A DNA stretch of 64,000 bases from Gemmatimonadales bacterium (GCA_035712285.1 DASTBA010000044.1:1954-65953), one strand, 5' to 3'. Positions 34,578 through 44,447 are shown, numbered from the stretch's first letter. The notes: generated by a model not told the origin, from the sequence alone. Numbers and translations: made by a program.

Positions 34578-34948
34578 TGTCGCGGGTGCTGCTGGTGGAG
34601 GACAACGAGCTCAACCGGGACATGCTTTCCCGCCGCCTCCGCAAGAAGGGGTTCGAGGTGGACATGGCCTTCGACGGCGCGCAGGGCGTGGCGATGGCGC
34701 GGGACGGGGCCTACGACATCATCCTGATGGACATGAGCCTGCCGGTCATTGACGGGTGGGAGGCGGCCCGGCAGATCCGCGCCACTGGCGGGCTCGCCGC
34801 GGTGCCGATCATCGCCCTTACGGCGCACGCCATGGCCGGCGATCGCGAGAAGGCGCTCGAGGCCGGCTGCAGCGACTACGACACGAAGCCGGTGGAGATC
34901 GAGCGGCTCCTGGCCAAGATGGCGGCGCTGCTGGGCGGCGGCGGGTGA
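34577..34948 (+). CDS. Single-domain (CheY-like) response regulator
   Basis: VLLVEDNELNR...ILMDMSLPVIDG...ALTAHA...KP. The ATG shares 1 nt with the kinase TGA stop. Confidence 0.92.
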   Translation: MSRVLLVEDNELNRDMLSRRLRKKGFEVDMAFDGAQGVAMARDGAYDIILMDMSLPVIDGWEAARQIRATGGLAAVPIIALTAHAMAGDREKALEAGCSDYDTKPVEIERLLAKMAALLGGGG

Positions 34949-36885
34949 GCACGGCCGCTCCCGGACTGCTGTCGGCGGCGGAGGTGAGTGCGCTGCGGCA
35001 CGACCTTCGTACGCCGGTCAACCACATTGTCGGGTACTGCGAGCTGCTGCTTGAAGACGCGGAGGCGGCCGGTCACGCGTCGCGCCGCGCGGCGCTGGCC
35101 GACGCACTCGCCGCGGTGCGCGAGGCGCTCGGCACGATCGAGTCGGGCCTCCCGTCCAGCGGGGAGCGCGTGACGCGGCCGGCTGTGGAGTCCCTGTACC
35201 GGCAGCTCGAAGGCCCGCGGGACCGGATCATCTCCGCTGCCACGGCACTCGCCGCAACAGCCACGGCGGGGAGCGATCCCGAGTTCGAGGCCGACGTACG
35301 GCGGATCGCCGAAGCCGCCCGGCGTCTTGCTGCACCGGCGTCACCCGGTGCCGCGGGGGCGGCGCCCGTTGCGCCGGCCCCGCGACCGGCGAGTCCGGGA
35401 TCGGCGCCGGTGCGGGGGGCCCGGATCCTCGTGGTGGATGACGTCGCCGAGAATCGGGACGTGCTGCGGCGTCACCTCGCCCGCCAGGGGCACGAGGTGA
35501 CCGAGGCGCCGGATGGGCCGACGGCGCTGGCCCGGCTGGCAGCGGCCTCGTTCGACCTGGTCCTGCTCGACATGCAGATGCCCGGGATGGATGGTTTCCA
35601 GGTGCTGGAACGGATCAAGAGCCAGCCGGCCACGCGTGACGTGCCGGTGGTGATGGTGTCGGCGTCCGATGATCTCGGTACCATCGCCGCGTGCATCGAG
35701 GCGGGAGCGGAGGACTACCTCCCCAAGCCATTCGACCCGGTCGTCCTGCGGGCGCGGGTCAGCGCGTCGGTGGAGAAGAAGCGCCTCCGGAACCTCGAAG
35801 TGGATTACCTGCATCAGGTGGACCGGGTCGTGGGGGCGGCGGGCCAGGTGGAGCAGGGCACGTACGTGGCCGGCTCTCTCTCGGAGGTGGCCCGGCGTGA
35901 CGATGCCATCGGGCACCTCGCGCGCGTCTTCGATGGCATGGCGGCCGGTATCCGGGCGCGGGAGGAGCGCCTGCGAGGCCAGGTGAACGATCTGCGGCGC
36001 GAGATCGACGCGGCGGCGCGCGGGACGCCGGCTTCGGCGGCCGAGGATACGGAAGCCGGCCTGCTCATTCCCGGGGAATCGTTTGCCGAGCGCTACCAGG
36101 TCCTGCGCCTGGTGGGGCGCGGTGGGATGGGGACGGTGTACAAGGCGGCGGATCGCGAACTCGGGGAGGAGATCGCGATCAAGCTCATCCGGGCCGACGT
36201 GCTGCAGGGCGACCCCACCATGGCGGAGCGCTTCCGCTCCGAGATCCGCCTCGCGCGCCGGATCTCGCATCGCAACGTGGTCCGCACGCACGATTTCGGC
36301 GAGTGGGACGGCCGCGCCTACGTGACGATGGAGTATGTCGAGGGCATCACCGTGCGCGACCTGATCGACGCGCGGCGTACCTTGTCGCCGTCGTCGGCGC
36401 TGGGCCTCGCGCGCCAGCTGGCGGAGGCGCTGGCAGTGGCGCATGAGCAGGGGGTCATCCACCGGGACATCAAGCCGCAGAACCTGCTGCTGGATGCCGC
36501 CGGCGTCCTCAAGATCATGGACTTCGGCATCGCACGCATGGCCGAGGGGGTGAGTTCCATCACCCAGACGGGCATGGTGGTGGGGACGCCGGCCTACATG
36601 GCGCCGGAACAGCTCCTTGACGAAGCGGTAGATGCGCGCGGCGACCTCTACGCGACTGGCGTGGTCCTGTACGAATGCCTGACCGGCCGCCTGCCATATA
36701 CGGCGACCTCACCCATCGCGCTGATCGCCAAGGTGCTGAACGGGGCGCCCGCCGCGCCGGTGGAGAGCAATCCGGAGATTCCGCCGGCGCTCTCCGCGCT
36801 GGTGCTGCGGCTCATGGCCCGGTCCCCGGATGACCGCCCGGCGAGCGCCCGTGAGCTGAGCGAACTGCTGAGCCGGATCGGCTAG
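34945..36885 (+). CDS. HisKA-like phosphoacceptor domain (no ATPase) + receiver + linker helix + Hanks-type Ser/Thr protein kinase
   Basis: GTG in a GTGA overlap. The H-box LRHDLRTPVNHIVGYCELLLED has its His codon at 34999-35001. The REC has DD, D209 (LLDMQMPGMDG), S and K. The kinase has GRGGMGTVYKA, AIK, HRDIKPQN, DFG and APE. No N/G1/G2 ATPase boxes are present. Confidence 0.85.
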   Translation: MSTAAPGLLSAAEVSALRHDLRTPVNHIVGYCELLLEDAEAAGHASRRAALADALAAVREALGTIESGLPSSGERVTRPAVESLYRQLEGPRDRIISAATALAATATAGSDPEFEADVRRIAEAARRLAAPASPGAAGAAPVAPAPRPASPGSAPVRGARILVVDDVAENRDVLRRHLARQGHEVTEAPDGPTALARLAAASFDLVLLDMQMPGMDGFQVLERIKSQPATRDVPVVMVSASDDLGTIAACIEAGAEDYLPKPFDPVVLRARVSASVEKKRLRNLEVDYLHQVDRVVGAAGQVEQGTYVAGSLSEVARRDDAIGHLARVFDGMAAGIRAREERLRGQVNDLRREIDAAARGTPASAAEDTEAGLLIPGESFAERYQVLRLVGRGGMGTVYKAADRELGEEIAIKLIRADVLQGDPTMAERFRSEIRLARRISHRNVVRTHDFGEWDGRAYVTMEYVEGITVRDLIDARRTLSPSSALGLARQLAEALAVAHEQGVIHRDIKPQNLLLDAAGVLKIMDFGIARMAEGVSSITQTGMVVGTPAYMAPEQLLDEAVDARGDLYATGVVLYECLTGRLPYTATSPIALIAKVLNGAPAAPVESNPEIPPALSALVLRLMARSPDDRPASARELSELLSRIG

Positions 36886-36968
36886 CCTCGAGGCCGGTGC
36901 TGCGTGGTATCGCACCGCCCTGCGCTGGAAGGGACGGCGCACGGCGCCTGCACGTGTTAGCGTCTCGC

Positions 36969-37646
36969 ATGCCTCACGATGTCCCGCCTCCGGTCCATGA
37001 TCTCCCGCGCGAGCGTCTCTGGAGGATCGGCCCCGGCTCGCTGACCGCCGCCGAACTGGTGGCGATCCTGCTGGGTACCGGCGGCGCCGGCGTCAGCGTG
37101 CAGCTGCTCGCGGACCAGCTTCTGGAGCACGGCGGCACCCTCCGCCGGCTGGCTGCGCGGCCTCCGGCGGAGCTGCTCAAGGCCCGCGGCGTGGGCCCGT
37201 CCAAGGCGGCCCGGCTGGTGGCGGCATTCGAAATCGCCGCGCGACTTTCCCGGGAGCAGCGCCCGCTGGCCCCCCGCATCCGCGAGCCGGACGATGTGGC
37301 GCGGCGGTTCGCGCCGCGGCTGCGGGATCTTCCGGTGGAAGAATTCCACCTCCTGGCGCTGGACAGCCAGAGCCGGGTGCTGCGCGAGGTGCTGATCACG
37401 CGGGGCATTCTCGACAGCTCGCTGGTGCATCCGCGCGAGGTCTTTCGCGCGGCGATCGCCGAGGCGGCGGCCGGCATCATCGTGGTCCACAACCATCCCA
37501 GCGGCGACCCGACCCCATCTGCGGAGGACCGCACCGTCACCCGTCAGCTGGTGGCGGCAGGCCAGCTGCTGGACCTGCCGCTCCATGATCATGTCATCAT
37601 CGCCGGGGACCGCTTCACCAGCTTCGCGGCGCAGGGGCTGCTCTAG
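36969..37646 (+). CDS. radC: RadC-like JAB domain protein
   Basis: LSAAELVAILLGTG...ARGVG.AKA...VHNHPSGDPTPSAEDRTVTRQL (JAMM motif). Confidence 0.85.
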   Translation: MPHDVPPPVHDLPRERLWRIGPGSLTAAELVAILLGTGGAGVSVQLLADQLLEHGGTLRRLAARPPAELLKARGVGPSKAARLVAAFEIAARLSREQRPLAPRIREPDDVARRFAPRLRDLPVEEFHLLALDSQSRVLREVLITRGILDSSLVHPREVFRAAIAEAAAGIIVVHNHPSGDPTPSAEDRTVTRQLVAAGQLLDLPLHDHVIIAGDRFTSFAAQGLL

Positions 37647-37726
37647 GGAATTTGCCGCCCGCCATTGACGTCACTCGGGGCTGGGCCACATCCTACGGGC
37701 ATGACGCGAGCCCGGCGGAACCCCTC

Positions 37727-39913
37727 ATGACGGCCGTGCCGAGTGCCGAACGCGCCGATCCGGCCGAATTCCGCGCTACCCTCCAGCGGCACGCGGACCG
37801 GCTCGATCTTGCCCTGATCGAGCGGGCCCTCGCCTTCAGCGCGTCCGCCCACCACGGCCAGAAGCGGATGTCAGGCGAGGCGTTCGTCTCCCACAGCATC
37901 GCCGTGGCCCAGATCCTGGCCGAGCAGCTCCTCGATACGACGTCCGTCATGGCGGCGCTGCTGCACGATGTGGTGGAGGATTCCGACGTCACCACCGCGG
38001 ATATCGAGCGCGAGTTCGGGGGGGAGGTCGCGGGGATCGTGGACGGGCTCACCAAGATCTCCCACCTGACCTTCCGTTCATCGGCGGAAGAGCAGGTCGA
38101 GAACTACCGCAAGCTGCTGCTGTCCATCGCGCGCGACGCGCGCGTGATCATCATCAAGCTCGCCGACCGGCTCCACAACATGCGGACGCTGGAGCACCTG
38201 CCGGCCGATCGCCGCGCCCGCATCGCCCAGGAGACGCGCGAGATCTACGCCCCGCTCGCCCACCGGTTCGGCATGGCCGGAATGAAGGCGGAGCTGGAGG
38301 ACCTGGCGTTCAAGTTCCTCGAGCCGGAGGACTACCGGGAACTGGTGCAGCAGGTGAATGCCAAGCGCGCCGAACGCGAGGCGATGATCCAGCGCCTCCG
38401 CGCGCCGCTCGAGGAGGAATTGCGGCGGGCGGGCATCGAGTGGTTCGAGGTCACCGGCCGCCCCAAGCACCTCTGGTCCATCTACCGGAAGATGAAGCTC
38501 CGCGAGAAGGCGTTCGACGAGATCTACGACCTCATGGCCGTCCGGGTCCTCGTGCGCTCCATTCCCGACTGCTATCACGTGCTCGGCATCATTCACCACC
38601 GGTGGACGCCGCTCCAGGAGCGGATCAAGGACTACATCGCGAGCCCCAAGTCCAACGCCTACCAGTCGCTGCACACCACCATCTTCGGACCCGGCGGCCA
38701 GCTCTTCGAGGTGCAGATCCGCACCCAGGAGATGCACCGCACCGCCGAGTACGGCATCGCGGCCCACTGGCTCTACAAGGACGGCGAGCGGCGGGACGAG
38801 CTGGATGAACAGCTGGGCTGGTTCCGCCAGCTGCTGGAACTGCAGCAGGACACCCACAGCCCGGAAGAGTTCCTCGAATTCCTGAAGATCAATCTCTACC
38901 AGGACGAGATCTTCGTCTTCACCCCCCAGGGGGACGTGAAGCGGCTGCCCAAGGGGGCAACACCGATCGACTTCGCCTTCACGGTGCACACCGAGGTGGG
39001 GCTCAAGACCCAGGGCGCCAAGGTGAACGGACGGATCGCGCCGCTCCACCGGGAGCTCAAGAACGGCGATACGGTGGAGATCCTCACCGCGGCGGGGGCG
39101 CGGCCCAGCCGGGACTGGCTGGCGCACGTGCGCACCGGGCGCGCCCGGCAGAAGATCAAGCAGTGGGTGCGCTACGAGGAAGAAACGGTGAGTCTCGCCC
39201 TGGGCCGGGAGCTGCTGACCCGCGAGGTGCGCCGCCGCCGCCTGGACAGCCCGGACGACGCCCGCCTCGCCAAGGCGGCGCACACCATGTCGCTCGCCGA
39301 CGGCCGTGCACTCGAAGTGGCGCTCGGCCGGGGCGATGTGGCCATCAAGAACGTGATGAAGGCGCTCTATCCCGAATTGCCCTCGGACGAACTGGTCGAG
39401 CCCAAGCCGACCGTGTTCGGGCGGGTCATTGACCGGCTCCGCCTGGGCCGCGGCATCAAGATCCAGGGCGCCGACGGCCTGATGGTGCGCTACGCCCAGT
39501 GCTGCCAGCCGGTCCCGGGCGACAAGGTGGTGGGCTACGTGACCCAGGGCCGCGGCATCTCGATCCACCGGGCCGACTGTCCCAACCTGCTGACGCTCTC
39601 CGCGGTCGAGCGGCGGGTGGACATCGACTGGCACGAGAGCGCGGGCGAGACCTTTGCCGTCCGGCTCGTGCTCACCGGCGAGGACCGCCGCGGCCTCTAT
39701 GCCGACATCATGGAGGCGATCAGCCAGAGCGGAACCAACATCCGCGGCGCCGACCTGCAGTCGAAGGATGGCAACGTATTCGGCAACATCTACGTCGAAG
39801 TGGACAACCTCACCCATCTGGCCAAGGTGCTGAAGGCGGTGCGGCGGGTGAAGGGCGTGATCACGATTGACCGCCGCGACGCGGGGCCGCCGGTCGCAGG
39901 CACGGAGGGGTGA
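37727..39913 (+). CDS. relA: Bifunctional (p)ppGpp synthetase/hydrolase RelA/SpoT homologue
   Basis: The HD hydrolase (HHGQKR.SGEAFVSH...LLHDVVEDS), synthetase (YRKMKLR...DLMAVRVLV...PKSNAYQSLHTT), TGS and C-terminal ACT-like regions are all readable. The track ORF starts 25 codons upstream. Confidence 0.92.
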   Translation: MTAVPSAERADPAEFRATLQRHADRLDLALIERALAFSASAHHGQKRMSGEAFVSHSIAVAQILAEQLLDTTSVMAALLHDVVEDSDVTTADIEREFGGEVAGIVDGLTKISHLTFRSSAEEQVENYRKLLLSIARDARVIIIKLADRLHNMRTLEHLPADRRARIAQETREIYAPLAHRFGMAGMKAELEDLAFKFLEPEDYRELVQQVNAKRAEREAMIQRLRAPLEEELRRAGIEWFEVTGRPKHLWSIYRKMKLREKAFDEIYDLMAVRVLVRSIPDCYHVLGIIHHRWTPLQERIKDYIASPKSNAYQSLHTTIFGPGGQLFEVQIRTQEMHRTAEYGIAAHWLYKDGERRDELDEQLGWFRQLLELQQDTHSPEEFLEFLKINLYQDEIFVFTPQGDVKRLPKGATPIDFAFTVHTEVGLKTQGAKVNGRIAPLHRELKNGDTVEILTAAGARPSRDWLAHVRTGRARQKIKQWVRYEEETVSLALGRELLTREVRRRRLDSPDDARLAKAAHTMSLADGRALEVALGRGDVAIKNVMKALYPELPSDELVEPKPTVFGRVIDRLRLGRGIKIQGADGLMVRYAQCCQPVPGDKVVGYVTQGRGISIHRADCPNLLTLSAVERRVDIDWHESAGETFAVRLVLTGEDRRGLYADIMEAISQSGTNIRGADLQSKDGNVFGNIYVEVDNLTHLAKVLKAVRRVKGVITIDRRDAGPPVAGTEG

Positions 39914-40323
39914 TGGCCGCTGGCCGCTGGATCTTCAAGACGGAACCGTCGGACTACAGCTTCCCGGACCTGGTCCGCGAAGGCCGCACCGCGTGGACCG
40001 GCGTCCGGAGCCCGGCCGCACAGTTGCACCTCCGGGCGGTGCACCAGGGTGATGAGGTGCTGATCTATCACACCGGTGACGAACGCGCCCTGGTCGGCCT
40101 TGCCCGGGTGGCGAAGGCGCCGTTTCCCGATCCCACCCAGCCCGGGAGCAGGGCGGTGGCCGTGGAACTGGTCCCGGTCCGGGCCCTCGCCCAGCCGGTG
40201 TCCCTCTCGACCATCAAGGCGGACACCGCCTTCAAGGACCTCGGCCTGGTGCGGATCGGCCGGCTCTCGGTCATGCCGGCGACCGATGCCCAGTGGGGCA
40301 AGCTGCTCAAGCTGGGCGCCTGA
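39910..40323 (+). CDS. EVE (PUA-like) domain protein
   Basis: WIFKTEPSDYSFPDL...WTGVRSPAAQLHLRAVHQGDEVLIYHTG pattern. ATGA overlap with the relA stop. Confidence 0.75.
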   Translation: MMAAGRWIFKTEPSDYSFPDLVREGRTAWTGVRSPAAQLHLRAVHQGDEVLIYHTGDERALVGLARVAKAPFPDPTQPGSRAVAVELVPVRALAQPVSLSTIKADTAFKDLGLVRIGRLSVMPATDAQWGKLLKLGA

Positions 40324-40367
40324 CCGGCCCCTGAACAAATCCCGAAGCTCCGGCTATATTGGGCGCC

Positions 40368-42407
40368 ATGGCATCCCGATTCGAAGTCGTCGCCCCGTTC
40401 CAGCCGGCGGGGGATCAGCCCAAGGCCATCGCCGAGCTCGCGGGCGGGCTCCGCCGGGGTGACAAGTACCAGACGCTCCTCGGCGTCACCGGCTCCGGCA
40501 AGACGATGACGCTCGCGCACGTCATCGCCGACTACGGCAAGCCCACCCTCGTGCTCTCCCACAACAAGACCCTCGCGGCCCAGCTCTACGGCGAGCTGCG
40601 CCAGTTCCTGCCCGGAAACGCCGTCGAATACTTCGTCTCCTACTACGACTACTACCAGCCCGAGGCGTACGTCCCGCAGACCGATGTCTACATCGAGAAG
40701 GACGCCTCGATCAATGCTGACATCGAGAGTCTCCGCCTCCGTGCCACGTCGAGCCTCATGGAACGGGAGGACGTGGTCATCGTCGCCACGGTGAGCGCCA
40801 TCTACGGCCTCGGCGACCCGGTGGAGTACCGGAAGCTCCTGGTGCAGGTGAAGGTGGGCGAGGAACGGGGCCGGGACGGGATTCTCTCGGAGCTGGTGCG
40901 CATCCAGTACCAGCGCAACGATGCCGCCTTCGAGCAGGGCACCTTCCGGGTCCGGGGTGATTCCATCGAGATCTTTCCCGCCTACGCCGAGCAGGCCATC
41001 CGGATCGAGCTCTGGGGCGACCAGGTGGAACGGATCAGCAAGATCCATCCGGTCACCGGGAACACCATCGCCACGCTGGATCAGTGCGTGATCTATCCCG
41101 CCAAGCACTTCGTCACCCAGCGCGCCACCATCGAGCGCGCCGTCACGGCGATCCGGGCGGAACTCGTCGAGCGGCTCCGCGAGCTGCGGACGGCAGGCCG
41201 CCTCCTGGAAGCGCAGCGGCTCGAATCGCGCACCCAGTTCGACATCGAGATGCTGCTGGAGGTCGGCACCTGCGCCGGTATCGAGAACTACTCGCGCCAC
41301 CTGACCGGCCGCCGGCAGGGCGAGCGGCCTGCCTGCCTGCTGGACTATTTCCCGCCCGATTTCCTCGCCGTGGTGGACGAGTCGCATGTCTCGCTGCCGC
41401 AGATCGGCGGCATGTTCAACGGCGACCGCGCCCGGAAGCTCACCCTGGTGGAGTACGGCTTCCGGCTCCCCTCCGCCCTCGACAACCGGCCACTCCAGTT
41501 CGACGAGTTCATGTCTCTCGTGCCGCAGATGGTCAATGTCTCGGCCACGCCGGGCGACCTCGAGCTCCGGCTCTCCGAGGGTGCCGTGGTGGAGCAGATC
41601 ATCCGGCCCACCGGGCTGGTGGACCCCGAGGTGGATGTGCGGCCGGTCCGGGGCCAGGTGGACGACCTCCTGAACGAGATCCGCGCCCGCGAGCGGGCCG
41701 GCGAGCGGGTGCTCGTCACCACGCTCACCAAGCGGATGTCGGAGGATCTCACCGACTACCTCCAGCAGGCGGGTGTGAGGGTGCGTTACCTGCATTCCGA
41801 CATTGACGCCATCGAACGGATGGAAATCCTGCGTGGTCTTCGCCTGGGCGATTTCGACGTGCTGGTGGGCATCAACCTGCTGCGCGAGGGGCTCGACCTG
41901 CCGGAAGTCTCGCTGGTGGCGATCCTCGACGCCGACCAGGAAGGGTTCCTGCGGAGCGACCGCTCGCTGGTGCAGACCATCGGCCGCGCCGCGCGCAACG
42001 TGAACGGGCGGGCCATTCTCTACGCTGACAAGATCACCGGCTCCATGCAGCGGGCACTGGGGGAGATGGACCGCCGCCGCGAGATCCAGCGCGCCTTCAA
42101 CCGGGAGCACGGCATCACGCCACAGTCCATCGTCAAGTCACTCGAGGAGGTGCGTCTCTCCACCCACGTGGCGGATGCCCGCACCGAGAAGCCGGCGCCG
42201 CGGACCCGGCCCACCGAGGTGGTGGACCTGCACGACCCCGCCGCCCGCGCGGCGTACATGCTGAAGCTCGAGCGCCGCATGAAGGAGGCCGCCGCCAACC
42301 TGGAGTTCGAGAGCGCCGCGCTGCTCCGCGACGAGCTCAACGAGCTGCGCGCGATGGGTGCGCCCGACGTCCGCCGGGGCGACAGCCGTGTCCGGCGCCG
42401 TGCCTGA
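40368..42407 (+). CDS. uvrB: Excinuclease ABC subunit B
   Basis: [11 protein letters not shown]...[15 protein letters not shown], the helicase motifs, and a C-terminal UVR domain (FE.AA.LRDEL). Confidence 0.96.
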   Translation: MASRFEVVAPFQPAGDQPKAIAELAGGLRRGDKYQTLLGVTGSGKTMTLAHVIADYGKPTLVLSHNKTLAAQLYGELRQFLPGNAVEYFVSYYDYYQPEAYVPQTDVYIEKDASINADIESLRLRATSSLMEREDVVIVATVSAIYGLGDPVEYRKLLVQVKVGEERGRDGILSELVRIQYQRNDAAFEQGTFRVRGDSIEIFPAYAEQAIRIELWGDQVERISKIHPVTGNTIATLDQCVIYPAKHFVTQRATIERAVTAIRAELVERLRELRTAGRLLEAQRLESRTQFDIEMLLEVGTCAGIENYSRHLTGRRQGERPACLLDYFPPDFLAVVDESHVSLPQIGGMFNGDRARKLTLVEYGFRLPSALDNRPLQFDEFMSLVPQMVNVSATPGDLELRLSEGAVVEQIIRPTGLVDPEVDVRPVRGQVDDLLNEIRARERAGERVLVTTLTKRMSEDLTDYLQQAGVRVRYLHSDIDAIERMEILRGLRLGDFDVLVGINLLREGLDLPEVSLVAILDADQEGFLRSDRSLVQTIGRAARNVNGRAILYADKITGSMQRALGEMDRRREIQRAFNREHGITPQSIVKSLEEVRLSTHVADARTEKPAPRTRPTEVVDLHDPAARAAYMLKLERRMKEAAANLEFESAALLRDELNELRAMGAPDVRRGDSRVRRRA

Positions 42408-42816
42408 GGAGCGCGTGGTCAGCGAGCGCGAACTCTCGGAACTCGGTGAAGCCCTGGGGCGGCGCCTGGCGTCGGGGGCGGTGGTGTTCCTGGAAGGCGA
42501 TCTCGGCGCCGGGAAGACCACCCTGGCCCGGGCGATCGTCCGGGGCCTCGGTGCCGCCGACGCCGTGTCCAGCCCGACCTACGCGCTGGTGCACCACTAC
42601 CACGGGCATCGCGGGGACATCTACCACGTGGACTGCTACCGGCTTCGCAGCCCGGACGCCGCCGCTGACCTCGACTGGGAGCAGCTCGTGAACAGCGAGG
42701 CGCTCATCATCGAGTGGCCCGAGCGGGGCGGGGCCTGGGTGCCGGAACCCTCGGTGCGCGTCACGCTCAGGCATCTGGATGACGATGCGTCGAGACGCCG
42801 CATGGTAGTGCAATGA
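42400..42816 (+). CDS. tsaE: tRNA t6A biosynthesis ATPase TsaE (YjeE)
   Basis: [23 protein letters not shown]...SPTYALVH.Y...YHVDCYRL. The start is ambiguous: in-frame GTGs occur at 42358, 42388, 42400 and 42415. Confidence 0.8.
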   Translation: MPEERVVSERELSELGEALGRRLASGAVVFLEGDLGAGKTTLARAIVRGLGAADAVSSPTYALVHHYHGHRGDIYHVDCYRLRSPDAAADLDWEQLVNSEALIIEWPERGGAWVPEPSVRVTLRHLDDDASRRRMVVQ

Positions 42817-43457
42817 CCTGGCTGGCGATCGACACGGCGACGCCCCGGCTCTCGGTCGCCGCCCGGTGTCGGGGCCGGGTGGCCGGGCGGCATCTGGACG
42901 GTCCCCGGCAGCATGCCCGGGCCCTGCTCGCACTGGTGGAAGAGGTGCTTGCGGAGCTCGGCACCGCGTTGCCGCAGGTGGAGGCCGTGGTGGTGGCGGA
43001 CGGCCCCGGAAGCTTCACCGGCCTTCGAGTCGGTGCCGCCGTCGCCAAGGCCCTGCATGACGCCCGCGGCATCCCGGTGTACGTTGCGGCGTCGCTCAAG
43101 GCGTCGGCTGCGGCGGCGCGCGAGATCGGTGAGGTGCTGGTCACCGCGGATGCCCTGCGGGGTGAGGTGTACGCGGCGGTCTATGCATTCGACGGTGCGG
43201 CCGTGCGGACGCTGGCCGCGCCGCGGGCGATGGATCCCGCGGCGGCGCGCGCGCTGGCACCATCGGCCCGGCTGCTGCACGATCCGCACGCCGATGCCCG
43301 GAATCTGCTGGCGCTCGCCGATATCGCCGGCGGGCTGGAACTGGTGGCCGATGCCGCGGCGTGGGTCCCCACGTATGGCCGGCCCGCCGAGGCGCAAGCC
43401 AGATGGGAACAGGCGCATGGACGACCCCTCTCGGCTCCGCCCCGCCTGGCCGGCTGA
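42813..43457 (+). CDS. tsaB: tRNA t6A biosynthesis protein TsaB (YeaZ)
   Basis: WLAIDTAT....VA...GPGSFTGLRVGAAVAKAL. ATGA overlap with tsaE. Confidence 0.8.
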   Translation: MTWLAIDTATPRLSVAARCRGRVAGRHLDGPRQHARALLALVEEVLAELGTALPQVEAVVVADGPGSFTGLRVGAAVAKALHDARGIPVYVAASLKASAAAAREIGEVLVTADALRGEVYAAVYAFDGAAVRTLAAPRAMDPAAARALAPSARLLHDPHADARNLLALADIAGGLELVADAAAWVPTYGRPAEAQARWEQAHGRPLSAPPRLAG

Positions 43458-43884
43458 TGCGCCGGTGCTCGCCGCCCTGGAGCGCCGCTGCTTCGGCGAT
43501 CCCTGGAGCGCCGACGCCTTTCGGGACCTGCTGCGGCAGCACGAGGCGTTCGGGGTGATCCTCGAGGAGCGCGGCGAGATTGCCGGCTATGCGCTCGCCC
43601 GGAGTGTCGCAGGCACGGGCGAGATTCTCAACATCGCGGTGGCGCCGGAGCGGCGGCGGCAGGGATTCGCCCGGCAGCTGCTTCGCCAGACGCTCGCCCA
43701 GCTGGTGCAGCGCCAGGCGGCCGAGGTCTTTCTCGAGGTGCGGGCCTCCAACCTCGCGGCGCTCGCGCTCTACGGCGAATACCACTTCCGGCCGGTCGGG
43801 CGGCGGGCCGAGTACTATCGCCGTCCGGTGGAAGACGCCCTGATTCTCCGTCGCGACCTGGATCCGGGGGAGCGATTCGGATGA
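43417..43884 (+). CDS. rimI: Ribosomal-protein-alanine N-acetyltransferase (GNAT)
   Basis: ILNIAVAPERRRQGFARQLL..........FLEVRASNLAALALY...F (GNAT motif A). It completes the canonical tsaE-tsaB-rimI order and overlaps tsaB by 41 nt. Confidence 0.8.
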   Translation: MDDPSRLRPAWPADAPVLAALERRCFGDPWSADAFRDLLRQHEAFGVILEERGEIAGYALARSVAGTGEILNIAVAPERRRQGFARQLLRQTLAQLVQRQAAEVFLEVRASNLAALALYGEYHFRPVGRRAEYYRRPVEDALILRRDLDPGERFG

Positions 43885-43982
43885 CACCAGCGTAGTTTTG
43901 ATGATGGAGAGTTCGTGCAATCAGTTACCGTGCTGGCGTCCGCCGTTACCGGAACTGACCCAGCCGTCCCCTGGAGGTACCC

Positions 43983-44447
43983 GTGAGCCGCAGCCTGAAC
44001 AAAGCCACCCTGATCGGCAACCTCGGCGCCGATCCCGAAGTCCGGAGCACCGCCAACGGCTCGCGCGTCGCGACCGTCTCCCTCGCCACCAGTCGTCGGT
44101 GGAAGGGGCAGAACGGCGAGTGGCAGGAGAAGACCGAGTGGCACCGCGTGGTGGCCTGGAACAACCGCGGGTCCACCCTGGCCGACGTGATCGAGCGCTA
44201 CTGCAAGAAGGGCGACAAGATCTACGTCGAGGGGAGCATCGAATACCGCTCGTGGCAGGACCGCGAGGGCCAGACCCGCTACACCACCGAGATCAATGCC
44301 CGCGAAGTGATCCTGCTCTCGGGCAAGGGCGACCCGTCCGATACCCTTCCGGTGCCCGCCAAGGCAGGCGTCGCGGCCAAGGCCGACGCCTCGCTGGACG
44401 AGGTGCCCGAGTCGCTGGATGCCGAGGATGATGACCTTCCGTTCTAG
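43983..44447 (+). CDS. ssb: Single-stranded DNA-binding protein
   Basis: LNKATLIGNLGADPEVRSTANG..VATVSLATS..W...........TEWHRVV.W and the acidic tail DDDLPF. GTG start with GGAGG upstream. Confidence 0.92.
   Translation: MSRSLNKATLIGNLGADPEVRSTANGSRVATVSLATSRRWKGQNGEWQEKTEWHRVVAWNNRGSTLADVIERYCKKGDKIYVEGSIEYRSWQDREGQTRYTTEINAREVILLSGKGDPSDTLPVPAKAGVAAKADASLDEVPESLDAEDDDLPF

Noticed and set aside
38078-42110. Minus-strand ORFs of 579 aa and 680 aa, antisense to relA and uvrB. Similar ORFs lie at 24104..26488, 57633..59582, 20605..22948, 22803..24152 and 1646..3307.
   Set aside because: These are high-GC shadow ORFs opposite strongly conserved genes. No family motifs are present.
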